Shown: one piece after another, positions 18,323-28,689 of the stretch
Position numbering within the stretch: the stretch's first letter is position 1
How the letters are laid out: each line of letters begins with the position of its first letter
Source of the DNA: Bacteroidia bacterium
GTDB taxonomy: Bacteria > Bacteroidota > Bacteroidia > M30B66
Direction: 5' to 3'
NCBI GenBank assembly: GCA_046302715.1
Contig: JBKCHQ010000174.1
Location: 1-58,878 of the forward strand
DNA length: 58,878 nt
Notes under the pieces: generated by a model
What the model was told of the DNA's origin: nothing
Databases searched by the model: none
The model's input: only the letters and a program-made list of their open reading frames with translations
Program-made: the position numbers and the translations under genes

Positions 18323-20851
18323 TTGAAATCGGTGATCCAACACTTAACAACAGGTTTATTCACATTATTTTTTGCTGTCGGAGGCTGGGCACAGATAACC
18401 GATAAAGGATCTGGAACCATAAACGTGCGCACCGACTCGCTTAAGGAAGATACCGTTTCAAAAGGATTAAAGGCATCGCCCGATGCGCTCGACAAAGAAG
18501 TAATTTATTCTTCGGACGATTCTATGCGTTTTGATCTGGAGAACAAAAAGATTTATCTCTATGGGAATGCCGATGTGAAATACGATAAAATTCATCTTCA
18601 GGCAGCCTATATAGAGATTGACTGGTCTACTAATATTATTCATGCCGAAGGACGCATTGATTCTGCGGGAAATAAAATTGGAAGCCCTAAGTTTTCAGAA
18701 GGGAGTCAGAATTTTGATGCCTTGAAAATGGACTATAATTTTAAAACCAAAAAAGGCAAAATTACTAAAGTATATACCCAGCAAGGCGAAGGGTTTCTTT
18801 TGGGGGAACAGGTGAAAAAAGATGAAAACAATGCCTTTTTCGTAAAGAATGGAAAATTCACCACCTGTAATTTGCCCGACCATCCTCACTTTTACATTAA
18901 TGCCACCAAGGTTAAGGTTATACCCGACGATAAAATTGTAACCGGACCGGCAAATCTTGTTATTGAGGAAATTCCTAGTCCATTGCTGGTTCCTTTCGGA
19001 ATTTTCCCCAATACCTCAGGCCGAAAATCGGGGATTTTATTTCCTACCTATGGCGAATCACCAGGCCTTGGCTTCTTTCTAATGGATGGCGGCTATTACT
19101 GGGGCCTCAACGACCATTTTGATGCATCGTTGCGAGGCGATATTTATTCGCGGGGCAGCTGGGGGCTCAAAGCGGGCAGCAGCTACAACTACCGTTACCG
19201 TTTCAACGGCAATGTGGATATGCGCTATGCTACCATTTTACAAGGCGATCCCGAACTATTGGGCTCATCGGTAATTAAGAGCTTTTTTATTACCTGGCGG
19301 CATAATCAGGACCCAAAATCGAGGCCCAACTCACGCTTTTCGGCCAATGTAAACGCCGGTTCCTCCGATTACAATCAGCTTAACTCGTTTAATACCAACA
19401 ACATTGTTGCAAACACCTTTCAGTCGGCGGTAACCTGGAGTAAAACCTTTGCCCGTGCACCCTTAAACCTAAACGTTTCGGCAGGGCACAGCCAAAATAC
19501 CCAAACACGCATTATTACCGTAAATGCGCCCGAAATACAGCTCAATATGAATCGTATTTTCCCGTTTAAACGGAAAAATGCAGTGGGAGCACAACGTTTT
19601 TATGAAAAGATAGGAATTACTGGCACCCTGCAAAGTAGAAATACCATATCGCAGCCCGACTCGATATATATGCAGCCCGGCCTTGCCCGAAAATTTAACA
19701 ACGGAGTGCAGTTTCAATTGCCTTTAACTACCTCATTCCAGATGCTGCGTTATTTTACCGTTACGCCGTCGTTTAATTTAACAGGACGCGGATATTTTAG
19801 CAATATTCGCAAGCGTTACGATGCCGAAAATCAGCAAACCGTAACCGACACCATTAGGCAATTTAGCCAGTTATGGGAATACAATGCATCGGTTAATGCC
19901 AGTACAAGGGTTTATTCGTTTTTAAAGTTGGGGAAAAACACGGTGAGACATGTAGCCACAGTTCAAGCGGGGTTTAGATACCAGCCCGATTTTAGTACTG
20001 AGGAATTTGGCTTTTTCGGAGCAGGTGGAACCTTGGCTTCGTATTCGCCCTACGAACAGGGAATTTACGGTCAGCCCAGCAGAGGTAAGCAGGGCACTAT
20101 TAATATTGGGGTAAACAATAATATTGAGGCCAAGGTGCGCTCACAATCCGATTCGACCGGTAGCGGACTCAAGAAAATTACACTGCTCGATGCTTTTAAC
20201 TTCAACACCGGGTATAATCTGGCAGTTGATACGCTTAATTTGCAACCACTTACCATAAATGCCCGAACCAAAATTGCCCGCAAGGTAGATTTGGTTTACA
20301 GCAGTTCCTGGGATTGGTATGCTTTTGATACCGTAAGTTTAAGGCGCATCAATGTGCTGGAATACAATACCAGCGGCAAATGGCTGCGGCATCAAAACAC
20401 ATCGCTGGCTATAAATACCATGCTGGCATCCGCCGCACCCAAAAATAATGCAGCAGCAGAACAGCAGGAAGGCGGTAAGGAAATGATGAATAATCCTAAT
20501 GCTTACGTGAACTTCAACATACCCTGGAGTTTTTCGGGAGGCATAATTATCGGTCAAACGCAAAGCGGTGCTCAAATTTTGAGAAACGCTATTTTAAATT
20601 TCAGTGGCGATGTTTCTCTTACGGAAAAGTGGAAGATTTCGTTTTCGTCGGGGTATGATTTCGAACAAAAAGAAATCGCCTTTACTTCCATCGATATTTA
20701 TCGCGACTTACACTGCTGGGAGATGCGTTTTAATTGGATTCCTTTCGGATTTCGCCAAAGCTATAATTTTACCATTAATGTAAAATCGGGAATGCTGCAG
20801 GACCTTAAGCTCAACCGCAGACGTCAGTGGTTTGACTTGCAGGATGAGTAA
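18323..20851 (+). CDS. lptD: Putative LPS assembly outer-membrane protein LptD (Bacteroidota type)
   Basis: Signal peptide, OstA-like N-terminus, FTTC..PHF, beta-barrel, C-terminal RDLHCWEM..W.PFG. Confidence 0.85.
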   Translation: MKSVIQHLTTGLFTLFFAVGGWAQITDKGSGTINVRTDSLKEDTVSKGLKASPDALDKEVIYSSDDSMRFDLENKKIYLYGNADVKYDKIHLQAAYIEIDWSTNIIHAEGRIDSAGNKIGSPKFSEGSQNFDALKMDYNFKTKKGKITKVYTQQGEGFLLGEQVKKDENNAFFVKNGKFTTCNLPDHPHFYINATKVKVIPDDKIVTGPANLVIEEIPSPLLVPFGIFPNTSGRKSGILFPTYGESPGLGFFLMDGGYYWGLNDHFDASLRGDIYSRGSWGLKAGSSYNYRYRFNGNVDMRYATILQGDPELLGSSVIKSFFITWRHNQDPKSRPNSRFSANVNAGSSDYNQLNSFNTNNIVANTFQSAVTWSKTFARAPLNLNVSAGHSQNTQTRIITVNAPEIQLNMNRIFPFKRKNAVGAQRFYEKIGITGTLQSRNTISQPDSIYMQPGLARKFNNGVQFQLPLTTSFQMLRYFTVTPSFNLTGRGYFSNIRKRYDAENQQTVTDTIRQFSQLWEYNASVNASTRVYSFLKLGKNTVRHVATVQAGFRYQPDFSTEEFGFFGAGGTLASYSPYEQGIYGQPSRGKQGTINIGVNNNIEAKVRSQSDSTGSGLKKITLLDAFNFNTGYNLAVDTLNLQPLTINARTKIARKVDLVYSSSWDWYAFDTVSLRRINVLEYNTSGKWLRHQNTSLAINTMLASAAPKNNAAAEQQEGGKEMMNNPNAYVNFNIPWSFSGGIIIGQTQSGAQILRNAILNFSGDVSLTEKWKISFSSGYDFEQKEIAFTSIDIYRDLHCWEMRFNWIPFGFRQSYNFTINVKSGMLQDLKLNRRRQWFDLQDE

Positions 20852-20921
20852 TGAAAAAGAGTCACCTCCCTAATTTTCGCTTATTCGACTTTTTAATCGC
20901 CCAGATGAAAAAAATGTTTCA

Positions 20922-21827
20922 CTAGGTTTTCGAGAGTTTTGCCTTAAAATAGTGAATCCATTCGTACACCACACTTAAAAATAACAAGACAAACAGTGCG
21001 AATAAAATCTTGCTGATGCTGGAAACATAATAGGTTCCGTGATTACAAATTTCAATAAACCAAAGTGAAAAAAGGAACAAAGCAGGCAATGGCAGTGTTC
21101 TAAATACAAGGTATTTAAGCCTGGCTTTTAACCATGAAGTACGGTCGTTGGGGCGAATGCTTTTGTTGAGATGATTTTTTATGGGTTTTAACAGCCTTAT
21201 GTAAAGACTATAAATTATGGCGAATAGGGCAACCGGCGGAAACAGCATAACGGTTAGCAAAAGCCCCAGAATGGCGATGGTAAAAAAGGAAACAATTAAA
21301 AATACTGCACCCCACAGCAACCTGAAAAATAAAAATACCGCATAAGCTACACCACCAAGCTTTTCTTCACCGGCATATCGTTTTTCGAACAAACGGCTAT
21401 AAAGGCTGCCCAACCAGTTGCTTGGTGAGTATTTGCCGTCAATGAGCAGTTTTCGGAGAAACATATGAATTTGCGTGGCGCCGGTTAGTCGAAACAAGCG
21501 AACAATATTTTCAATTTCTTTAATGATGGGATGGTTTAGGTTAACCTGTGGCGGTGCCTGATAGGGCCTTTCGCGCCGTACAATATTGGGCCGCTTATGG
21601 TGAATTACCGGACGTGGATTATTAATTTCTTCTTCCGACAAATCAAGCAAAAGTTCGGAAGCTGCCTTGATTTGAACAAATTGTGCCGCAGCATTATCGC
21701 GGGCTACATCGGTAAAATGTTTGTCGGGATGGTAAATCTTAACCAACCTTCTAAACGATTGTTTAACCGCCTCGTGGTTAACAGGCCTCGACAACTCGAG
21801 CAGCGATATGGCTTCGTTTACCGTCAT
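20922..21827 (-). CDS. J-domain protein with C-terminal transmembrane helices
   Basis: VKQSFRRLVKIYHPDK (HPD motif); about 4 hydrophobic segments. Confidence 0.78.
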   Translation of the reverse strand: MTVNEAISLLELSRPVNHEAVKQSFRRLVKIYHPDKHFTDVARDNAAAQFVQIKAASELLLDLSEEEINNPRPVIHHKRPNIVRRERPYQAPPQVNLNHPIIKEIENIVRLFRLTGATQIHMFLRKLLIDGKYSPSNWLGSLYSRLFEKRYAGEEKLGGVAYAVFLFFRLLWGAVFLIVSFFTIAILGLLLTVMLFPPVALFAIIYSLYIRLLKPIKNHLNKSIRPNDRTSWLKARLKYLVFRTLPLPALFLFSLWFIEICNHGTYYVSSISKILFALFVLLFLSVVYEWIHYFKAKLSKT

Positions 21828-21877
21828 TATTAATTAAACCCCAAATCCCAAACCTTATTGTGGTGATGTTTGGCCTG

Positions 21878-21885
21878 CAAATTTA
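21878..21885 (-). promoter_or_regulatory. -7 promoter element TAAATTTG for the J-domain gene
   Basis: TAnnTTTG in the divergent gap. Confidence 0.5.
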
Positions 21886-21914
21886 CACTACCTTTCGGCA
21901 TTCTTTACACCTCT

Positions 21915-22859
21915 ATGAAGCTTAATCCGGCACGCACTTTAAAAGAAATTAGCGAAATACTGGGAGCCCGATATATTGGACCTGAAAACCACGTTATTTC
22001 CGGCATAAACGAAATACACCAGGTGGAGGCAGGCGATCTTTCGTTTGTAGATCATCCCAAATACTATGATAAATGCCTCAATTCGGCTGCAGGAACCATA
22101 CTTATCAATAAGGAGGTGGCCTGTCCCGAGAATAAAGGTTTGATTTTTAGTGATGATCCGGTAGGTGCGTACAATTTTTTGGTAGATTTTTTCAGGCCTT
22201 TTCGGGCGGCAAACCAAATGATATCAGATACGGCATTGGTTGGCAAAAACACCATCATACAGCCCGGAGTTTTTATTGGCCATCATGTAAGTATAGGAGA
22301 AGACTGTGTGATTCATCCAAATGTTACCATTTACGATCATTGTGTAATCGGCAACCGTGTTGAGATACATGCAGGAACGGTGATTGGAGCCGATGCTTTT
22401 TACTACAAGAAACGCAGCACCGGTTACGACAAGCTTCGTTCTGGGGGGCGTGTAATTATTGGCGATGATGTTGAGATTGGGGCAGCCTGCACCATTGATA
22501 AAGGCGTTAGCGGCGATACTGTTATTGGAAAAGGCAGCAAGCTCGACAATCAGATTCATATTGGACATGATACCATAATTGGTGAGCACTGCTTGTTTGC
22601 CGCACAAGTGGGCATTGCCGGAGTTGCCAAAGTTGAGGATGATGTAATTTTATGGGGACAGGTTGGTGTTTCTAAAGACTTGGTAATAGGTAAAGGCGCT
22701 ATTGTGCTGGCGCAATCGGGGGTGCCCAAATCGCTCGAAGGAGGTAAGACGTATTTTGGATCGCCGGTAAGCGATGCCAAATCAAAGATGAAGGAGTTGG
22801 CGGCACTTAAATATCTGCCTGGATTAATTGCGAAAAAGCAATCAGACAGCGACATATAA
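21915..22859 (+). CDS. lpxD: UDP-3-O-acylglucosamine N-acyltransferase (LpxD family)
   Basis: LpxD N-domain, hexapeptide repeats, DNQIHIGHD catalytic His region; ATG 21915 preferred. Confidence 0.85.
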   Translation: MKLNPARTLKEISEILGARYIGPENHVISGINEIHQVEAGDLSFVDHPKYYDKCLNSAAGTILINKEVACPENKGLIFSDDPVGAYNFLVDFFRPFRAANQMISDTALVGKNTIIQPGVFIGHHVSIGEDCVIHPNVTIYDHCVIGNRVEIHAGTVIGADAFYYKKRSTGYDKLRSGGRVIIGDDVEIGAACTIDKGVSGDTVIGKGSKLDNQIHIGHDTIIGEHCLFAAQVGIAGVAKVEDDVILWGQVGVSKDLVIGKGAIVLAQSGVPKSLEGGKTYFGSPVSDAKSKMKELAALKYLPGLIAKKQSDSDI

Positions 22860-22883
22860 TATCATTCCGAGAAAAACCTAGAC

Positions 22884-24104
22884 GTGCTCGAATATTCGAA
22901 AAAAGATCCGGAAGAAAAGCAAAAAGACCAGCTTTATGCCCTTTTGCAAATAACCCGTGCCATTAATAATAATGCATCGGCGGCAGATTTATTCAGCATC
23001 TATGAGTTTATGCTGCACCGTCAACTGGGATTTGACCGCATTGCTTATTGCTCGTTCGACGAAATATGGCGCTGGCCGGTTCATATTGATGCCGACCTCG
23101 ATATTAACCGCATAAAGCCCGAACACGATTTAGAAATGTTTGACGACCTCAGCATTCTCGACCATCGTAAAACCAATGCAGTTTTAGAAGCTTTTGATGT
23201 AGTTATACCGGTTAAACATAAAGGGAGGGCACTTGCCTATTTATTGCTTGGCCAACTAGACCGAAACGGCATACAAACACAGCATAAAGCCGATCTCGAG
23301 TTTGTGCAAATAATCAGCAATATTATTACCGTAGCTATTGAAAACAAACGGCTGTTTAAAGAGAGTATTCAGCAGGAAATGCTGCGCCGAGAGCTCGATA
23401 TGGCACGTGAAGTACAGTCGATGTTTATTCCCTCAATGTTGCCTCAGGATGAGCATTTTGATTTTGCCGCCGTTTATAGGCCCGTAAGGCAAATTGGAGG
23501 TGATTATTACGATTTCATAAGGCTAAACGACCGCGAAGTGCTTTTTTGCATGGCCGATGTATCGGGCAAAGGCGTTGCCGCAGCACTCATAATGGCAAAC
23601 TTTCAGGCTTTTCTTCGAGCACGAGTCAACATAAACAGCGATTTACAAAGTTTGGTTACCGAACTTAACCAGCATGTTGTAGATTGTGCCAAGGGAGAGC
23701 GATTCATTACCCTTTTCATTGCACGCTATCAGATTGATACCCGCTTGCTTGAATATGTAAATGCCGGACATAATCCACCGGTTTTGAATACCGGTGATGA
23801 AACGTTAGTGCTTGATTTGGGAACTACGGGTTTAGGGATGCTCGAAAAGCTGCACCGACTTGAAAGTGGTTTGGTAACCATGCCTCCCGAATCGTTATTA
23901 ATTTGTTACACCGATGGATTGGTGGAACAAGAAAATGAGGGAGGGATTGACTTCGGCCTCGAACAATTACAATCGTGGATTCGGGAACACTTTGAATTAC
24001 GCCCTCAAAACTTTAACGAACAGTTAATACACCATCTCATTAGCTTTAAAGGCAACCAACCTTATCTGGATGATATTTCACTACTCACCTGCCGATTCCA
24101 CTGA
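22884..24104 (+). CDS. SpoIIE/RsbU-type PP2C phosphatase with GAF-like N-terminal domain
   Basis: GGDYYD, ADVSGKG, NAGHNPP, YTDGLVE, DDISL. Confidence 0.9.
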   Translation: MLEYSKKDPEEKQKDQLYALLQITRAINNNASAADLFSIYEFMLHRQLGFDRIAYCSFDEIWRWPVHIDADLDINRIKPEHDLEMFDDLSILDHRKTNAVLEAFDVVIPVKHKGRALAYLLLGQLDRNGIQTQHKADLEFVQIISNIITVAIENKRLFKESIQQEMLRRELDMAREVQSMFIPSMLPQDEHFDFAAVYRPVRQIGGDYYDFIRLNDREVLFCMADVSGKGVAAALIMANFQAFLRARVNINSDLQSLVTELNQHVVDCAKGERFITLFIARYQIDTRLLEYVNAGHNPPVLNTGDETLVLDLGTTGLGMLEKLHRLESGLVTMPPESLLICYTDGLVEQENEGGIDFGLEQLQSWIREHFELRPQNFNEQLIHHLISFKGNQPYLDDISLLTCRFH

Positions 24105-25580
24105 TGCATCGTCGGAAATGGATTCAGAACCAGATTTCGTTGCTGCCGATTTCGTGTGATAAATATCGAGTGCCACAATAATGGCTATCATCGACCAAAA
24201 AGGGGCAGCTGCCTTATCCTGATCTAAAAAATTATTGAGAAAACCGTGCAAAAAGTAAGTGAATAAGCCAATAAGTACACCCATGGTTAAAAACTTAATA
24301 CTGCGCTGTTGTGTGCTACGGTAAATACGGCTTGCTGTTATTATGGTTAAAACAATAACCGCAATAATGGACAGCGCGCCCAGTAAACCCTGTTCTGCAA
24401 GCGGCCCCAAATATTCAGAATGTGCATTGCCTAAGGTTCCTGCATTAGTACTCACATAAGTAAGCTCGTAAGAACGCTGAAAAGGAGCATATTTAAAGCG
24501 GTAGGTTCCCGGCCCAAAACCTAGAACAGGTTTGGACCGAAACATGCGAAGTGCCGAGCTCCAGCGATTTATACGCTCCAAATTGGAGGCATCGGATTTA
24601 ATGTTTGATACCGATTTTAAATGCTCTGCCAAATCTTTAGAAGAGCTTTGCTTATTGGCCGCAAACTTCATTTTTATGTCATGGCTGAAATAAAGCCCTA
24701 CACATAGGCATAACACCATGCCCGCCAAAACCACTTTCCAGTTTATTTTAAATAGATAAATCAAATAAATCATGTATGCTCCAACAATGCTTAACCAAGC
24801 CGCACGAGTGTAGGACAATACAATTCCGATTAGGATAATAGAAAAGAAAATGAAAGAGAAAAAACGGTATTGCGGAGTGTAGGATTTATCGAAACTAAAA
24901 ACAAACATAACAGGCAGCATCATGGCGATTACTGCACCATAAATAGTATGGTCCTTAAAAAACGGCTGCATTACCCAATAAAGCGCGTCTTTTTCAATGT
25001 TATAATTAAAGAATTGTACAATTGAATACACTATAACCAAACTTAATGGTACCGTAAAAATCCACAGCCAATAACGGATACGATTAATGTTTTTAAAAAT
25101 CTGCGTAGCGATAAAATAAAAACTTACCACAAACCACAGTCGCGCAATAAAGTATTTAAGAGAAATCAGTGGTAAAGATGATGTTAAGGAGGTGAGAAAC
25201 ATCCACAACAAATGAAAAATAATAGCCAAGGTAACCGGATGGCGTGTAACTTTTAAATCAAATCCACCTTCATACATCAACCTGAAAAAGAACACCAGCA
25301 TAACCCCAAAGAGCAGAGGCTCGGTGGGCATTGTTAGCGCTGCAAACTCACTAAACTCGAGAGTAAGCGATAAGGGCACGGTAAATAATACGAGATAGGT
25401 TAGTTTATCAAGCGATACCAGCGCCGAATAAATGATGAGCAGAAATACAGGAACCGCTGAGAAATAGTAAAACTCTGAAGAAATGAGCAGTCCGTTAATC
25501 AGAATAAAAGCAGCAATCACCCACCAGAAAGCTCCCGATAAACGGGCCGGTTCAATCCTGTTAAGTATCGAGCGGAGCAC
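24081..25580 (-). CDS. O-antigen ligase/polymerase (Wzy_C) family membrane protein
   Basis: Many TMs; SYTRAAW, ERINRW, GFGPGTY, AHSEYL. Confidence 0.85.
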   Translation of the reverse strand: MLRSILNRIEPARLSGAFWWVIAAFILINGLLISSEFYYFSAVPVFLLIIYSALVSLDKLTYLVLFTVPLSLTLEFSEFAALTMPTEPLLFGVMLVFFFRLMYEGGFDLKVTRHPVTLAIIFHLLWMFLTSLTSSLPLISLKYFIARLWFVVSFYFIATQIFKNINRIRYWLWIFTVPLSLVIVYSIVQFFNYNIEKDALYWVMQPFFKDHTIYGAVIAMMLPVMFVFSFDKSYTPQYRFFSFIFFSIILIGIVLSYTRAAWLSIVGAYMIYLIYLFKINWKVVLAGMVLCLCVGLYFSHDIKMKFAANKQSSSKDLAEHLKSVSNIKSDASNLERINRWSSALRMFRSKPVLGFGPGTYRFKYAPFQRSYELTYVSTNAGTLGNAHSEYLGPLAEQGLLGALSIIAVIVLTIITASRIYRSTQQRSIKFLTMGVLIGLFTYFLHGFLNNFLDQDKAAAPFWSMIAIIVALDIYHTKSAATKSGSESISDDASVESAGE

Positions 25581-25581
25581 C

Positions 25582-26604
25582 TTAAATAGCTTCTTTTGCC
25601 CGGCGGACGTTTTCCAGAATTAACACTACAATTATAGCCAGCAACGCCGTTGAAAGCGTAGAAACCAAAACAATAAGCCAACGAATAGGGTATGATTTTT
25701 TCTCTGCAGGCTTAGCAAGATTTACAATAAACTTGTGAGGGATTTTATCGGAGGCATCTACCCGAGCTTCTTCATATTTGGTTTTTAGCTGACTTAAGTT
25801 TTTTCGATCGTGCTCCATGTCCTGCTCAATAGCCATGGCCATTCCGCCATACTTGGCAAGAACATCCATTTGCTCTTGAATTTCATCTACCGCCGAAGAA
25901 TTATTGGCCAAAAGCGCCTTGCCATAAGCCTCACTCAAACGTTCTACCTGTGCTTTATAATCGAGTACACCTAAGTCGCGCAATTTGTTGAGCGTGTCCT
26001 CGCGTGCTGCCAGGTAATGCTCAAAATCACGGTACTCTTTCTCTACAATGGCCAATGCTTTTCGGGCTCTTTCATGTTGCATACGTGTTTTAACCGAGTC
26101 GAGTAAATCGGCAATTTCATTGGCAATAGTAGCGGCCAATTTAGGATCCTCGTCCAAAACATCAATACGTACCGAAAGGTATTCGGTGCGGTTAAACGAA
26201 ATGTTTTCCTCAAACTTCTTATTGAGTTTTGTCAAAGGATAAGAGCCCTCAGGGTCTATTCTGTAATGATCGATAAGATTAAACTTTTGTATTACCTGCT
26301 CGCGAACTTCGTCGGAGTTTAGGATTTGTAGCATTTGTTCCACCTGCTCTTCTTCGCCAAATTGTAAGATATTTTCTTTTTCGAAGGCAATTTCGCTGAG
26401 CAATGAGCGCGAAATGGAACTGTTGGTTGTTGGAAACAATACTACCGACGATTTATACTTGGGTTTAATGAAAATTTCGGATGAAAAAATTACCGATGCA
26501 ATGGCGGCAATAAGCACCGCATATCCTATCTGTTTTCTTTTACTCCAAAGAAAAATAATAAGGTTTCTCGAATCGAAAAGGGTGTCGTTATTAGATTGTT
26601 CCAT
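25582..26604 (-). CDS. Wzz-like chain-length determinant (polysaccharide co-polymerase)
   Basis: TM-periplasmic coiled coil-TM; PKYKS and AKPAEKKSYP motifs. Confidence 0.85.
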   Translation of the reverse strand: MEQSNNDTLFDSRNLIIFLWSKRKQIGYAVLIAAIASVIFSSEIFIKPKYKSSVVLFPTTNSSISRSLLSEIAFEKENILQFGEEEQVEQMLQILNSDEVREQVIQKFNLIDHYRIDPEGSYPLTKLNKKFEENISFNRTEYLSVRIDVLDEDPKLAATIANEIADLLDSVKTRMQHERARKALAIVEKEYRDFEHYLAAREDTLNKLRDLGVLDYKAQVERLSEAYGKALLANNSSAVDEIQEQMDVLAKYGGMAMAIEQDMEHDRKNLSQLKTKYEEARVDASDKIPHKFIVNLAKPAEKKSYPIRWLIVLVSTLSTALLAIIVVLILENVRRAKEAI

Positions 26605-26630
26605 TTATAAAGGTCAGGTTTTTAGAAGCG

Positions 26631-26638
26631 CAAAAGTA
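26631..26638 (-). promoter_or_regulatory. -7 promoter element TACTTTTG for wzz-like and ligase genes
   Basis: TAnnTTTG 26 nt upstream of ATG. Confidence 0.55.
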
Positions 26639-26669
26639 TCAATTTAATTCATTCGGCGTCAGAACGCAG

Positions 26670-28109
26670 TTATCCATACTTTAGTATGCGAAAGATTGAT
26701 TTTATATGAATAATGCCTGTAGCAAAGGCATACAAACCACCCGAAAAGAGAAAAACAGAAATCCCCAACATCCAGTTTATCTCCGCTTGTTTAATTGCCC
26801 ATCCCAAAAGAACTGCCCCGACAATAAAAAAGGCTAAACTTATGATGAGCCGATAGTTTAATTTAAATCTAAAGAGTTTTTGCGCCAGCATAATTTGGAT
26901 CACAGCAGTTATAAACTGCGTAATTAGGCTGGAATAGGCGGCCCCTATCGACTTAAAATGCGGAATCAACAAGAAATTGAGCAGCAGGTTTAAGGTCATG
27001 CCAGAAGCAGCCATTATATTGAGCTGCAACAAATTACCATTTGCCGTTAGCAGCGTTCCAAAAATATAGGTGAGCGATGTGGCGATAAAGCAGCCCATAA
27101 TTACCGTGAACACCTCGGCCGATTCTGAAATGTGAGCATCGTATAACAAATCCATAAGCTCATAATTGTAATGATATGCAGCAATTACTACAAGAATTGC
27201 AGGGGTAATGAGTATGGAAAACGATAATTTTACCAATTGCTCCACCGATTCCTGATACCTTATCATTCGTGAAAACATCGGCAATAAAAGGCCCGCAAAT
27301 AAAAATGAAAACATATTGGCCGAATCCAAAACACGGTAGGCCGAGGCATAGATTCCGCTTTCCAGTTTGCCGTCGGGCAGCATCCGTTCCAGCATTACGG
27401 CATCTACCCGATTGTAAAATGTCATCAATAACACCAAAATGGCAAAGGGAAATGATTTCTTTAATATCAGCATAAAGAAAGGCCAGTTCCATTTTAACTT
27501 TAAGAATCGGGCCTTACGCATCACAATAATTAACGTAATAATGGTGGTAATAAGATAAGATAGCGTTTGGGTATACACAAACCAATCTATCGTCATTGGC
27601 TTATCGGTTATGCCTCCCCAAAGCAGCAAGCCACAAAACAGTATCATCAGCGATCGGTCCATCACAGATATTATGCTGTCTGTCGAAAACAGATGCAATC
27701 CGGCCAAATTCGAACGCAGGTACATAATCATAAAGGCCAAAAACTGGTTGAGACCCATCATTACCAAAAGCTGCATTTGAAAAGCACTGTACCCAATAAA
27801 GTAACCAGCGGTAAGCGTTACCACCATGAATGCCACTCCCAACAAAAGCTTTAATACCAATATGCTCGAAAAATGCTTGGTTATCAGATGGTTGTTTTGT
27901 GCAATGTTCTTGTTGTTGAAATTGGTAATTCCAAAATCAAGCATAATATTCATCAAAAACGAAAAATTAAAGAGGGCGAAATACAGGCCGTAACTCTCGG
28001 TACCCACAACGGTTTGCACCTCTCGTTCAATACCAAATACCCAAAACGGCTTAATCAGTAGATTAAGTGTGAGCAACAGGGCTAGGTTCTTTATGAAGGT
28101 GCGTTGCAT
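26670..28109 (-). CDS. Wzx-like oligosaccharide flippase (MOP superfamily)
   Basis: About 14 TMs; YGLY, DFGI, RVD.VML, SGIYASAYR, LLIPHF..IGAA. Confidence 0.87.
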   Translation of the reverse strand: MQRTFIKNLALLLTLNLLIKPFWVFGIEREVQTVVGTESYGLYFALFNFSFLMNIMLDFGITNFNNKNIAQNNHLITKHFSSILVLKLLLGVAFMVVTLTAGYFIGYSAFQMQLLVMMGLNQFLAFMIMYLRSNLAGLHLFSTDSIISVMDRSLMILFCGLLLWGGITDKPMTIDWFVYTQTLSYLITTIITLIIVMRKARFLKLKWNWPFFMLILKKSFPFAILVLLMTFYNRVDAVMLERMLPDGKLESGIYASAYRVLDSANMFSFLFAGLLLPMFSRMIRYQESVEQLVKLSFSILITPAILVVIAAYHYNYELMDLLYDAHISESAEVFTVIMGCFIATSLTYIFGTLLTANGNLLQLNIMAASGMTLNLLLNFLLIPHFKSIGAAYSSLITQFITAVIQIMLAQKLFRFKLNYRLIISLAFFIVGAVLLGWAIKQAEINWMLGISVFLFSGGLYAFATGIIHIKSIFRILKYG

Positions 28110-28122
28110 GGACTTTTAATAG

Positions 28123-28515
28123 TTATCTCAATCGATCGGCCGAGCGCACCAATTGTTCATCACGATAAATGGCCTTATGTGCCAAATATACCAGCACGAT
28201 GGCCACAACAGGAAGCGCAGCCCCCCAGTTTGCCCAGGTAAAGCCCCTGGATGCCTCTAGGAAAAATACAAGCGCTAGTTCCGAGAATAATGCCCCCCCT
28301 GCTATTTTGCACATGAGCATTTGTCGTTTTCGGTTGTTAAACAGGAAAATTGAATAAAGTAAATTGGCGCTTGTAAGCAAACCGAGCGCTAAACCGAGCG
28401 TATTATCGGCAAAAATACCTTTGCCATGTGCACCGTATCCTAATGGCGCGTACATAAAGATAATGTTTACTGCAAGGGCGGCCAATAAGTAAAGGGACTG
28501 AATTCTTTGAATCAT
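28123..28515 (-). CDS. DUF4293 family membrane protein
   Basis: MIQRIQSLYL start, IFLFNNRKRQ, DEQLVRSADRLR end. Confidence 0.88.
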   Translation of the reverse strand: MIQRIQSLYLLAALAVNIIFMYAPLGYGAHGKGIFADNTLGLALGLLTSANLLYSIFLFNNRKRQMLMCKIAGGALFSELALVFFLEASRGFTWANWGAALPVVAIVLVYLAHKAIYRDEQLVRSADRLR

Positions 28516-28533
28516 AATATATTAAAGGGGCGG

Positions 28534-28541
28534 CAAAAATA
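28534..28541 (-). promoter_or_regulatory. -7 promoter element TATTTTTG for DUF4293(-wzx)
   Basis: TAnnTTTG 18 nt upstream of ATG. Confidence 0.55.
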
Positions 28542-28689
28542 CATAAGCCAAGCCGAATATTTTGATTTTTTTAATGAAATGCACTTTGTAAAAAAATATG
28601 TTGTAATATTGCCAACGAATTTGAGCCTTTAACATTATCAAATTCATCTTTCTTTTTCCGAACTCGATTCGGATCCCAAAAAAATTTTC

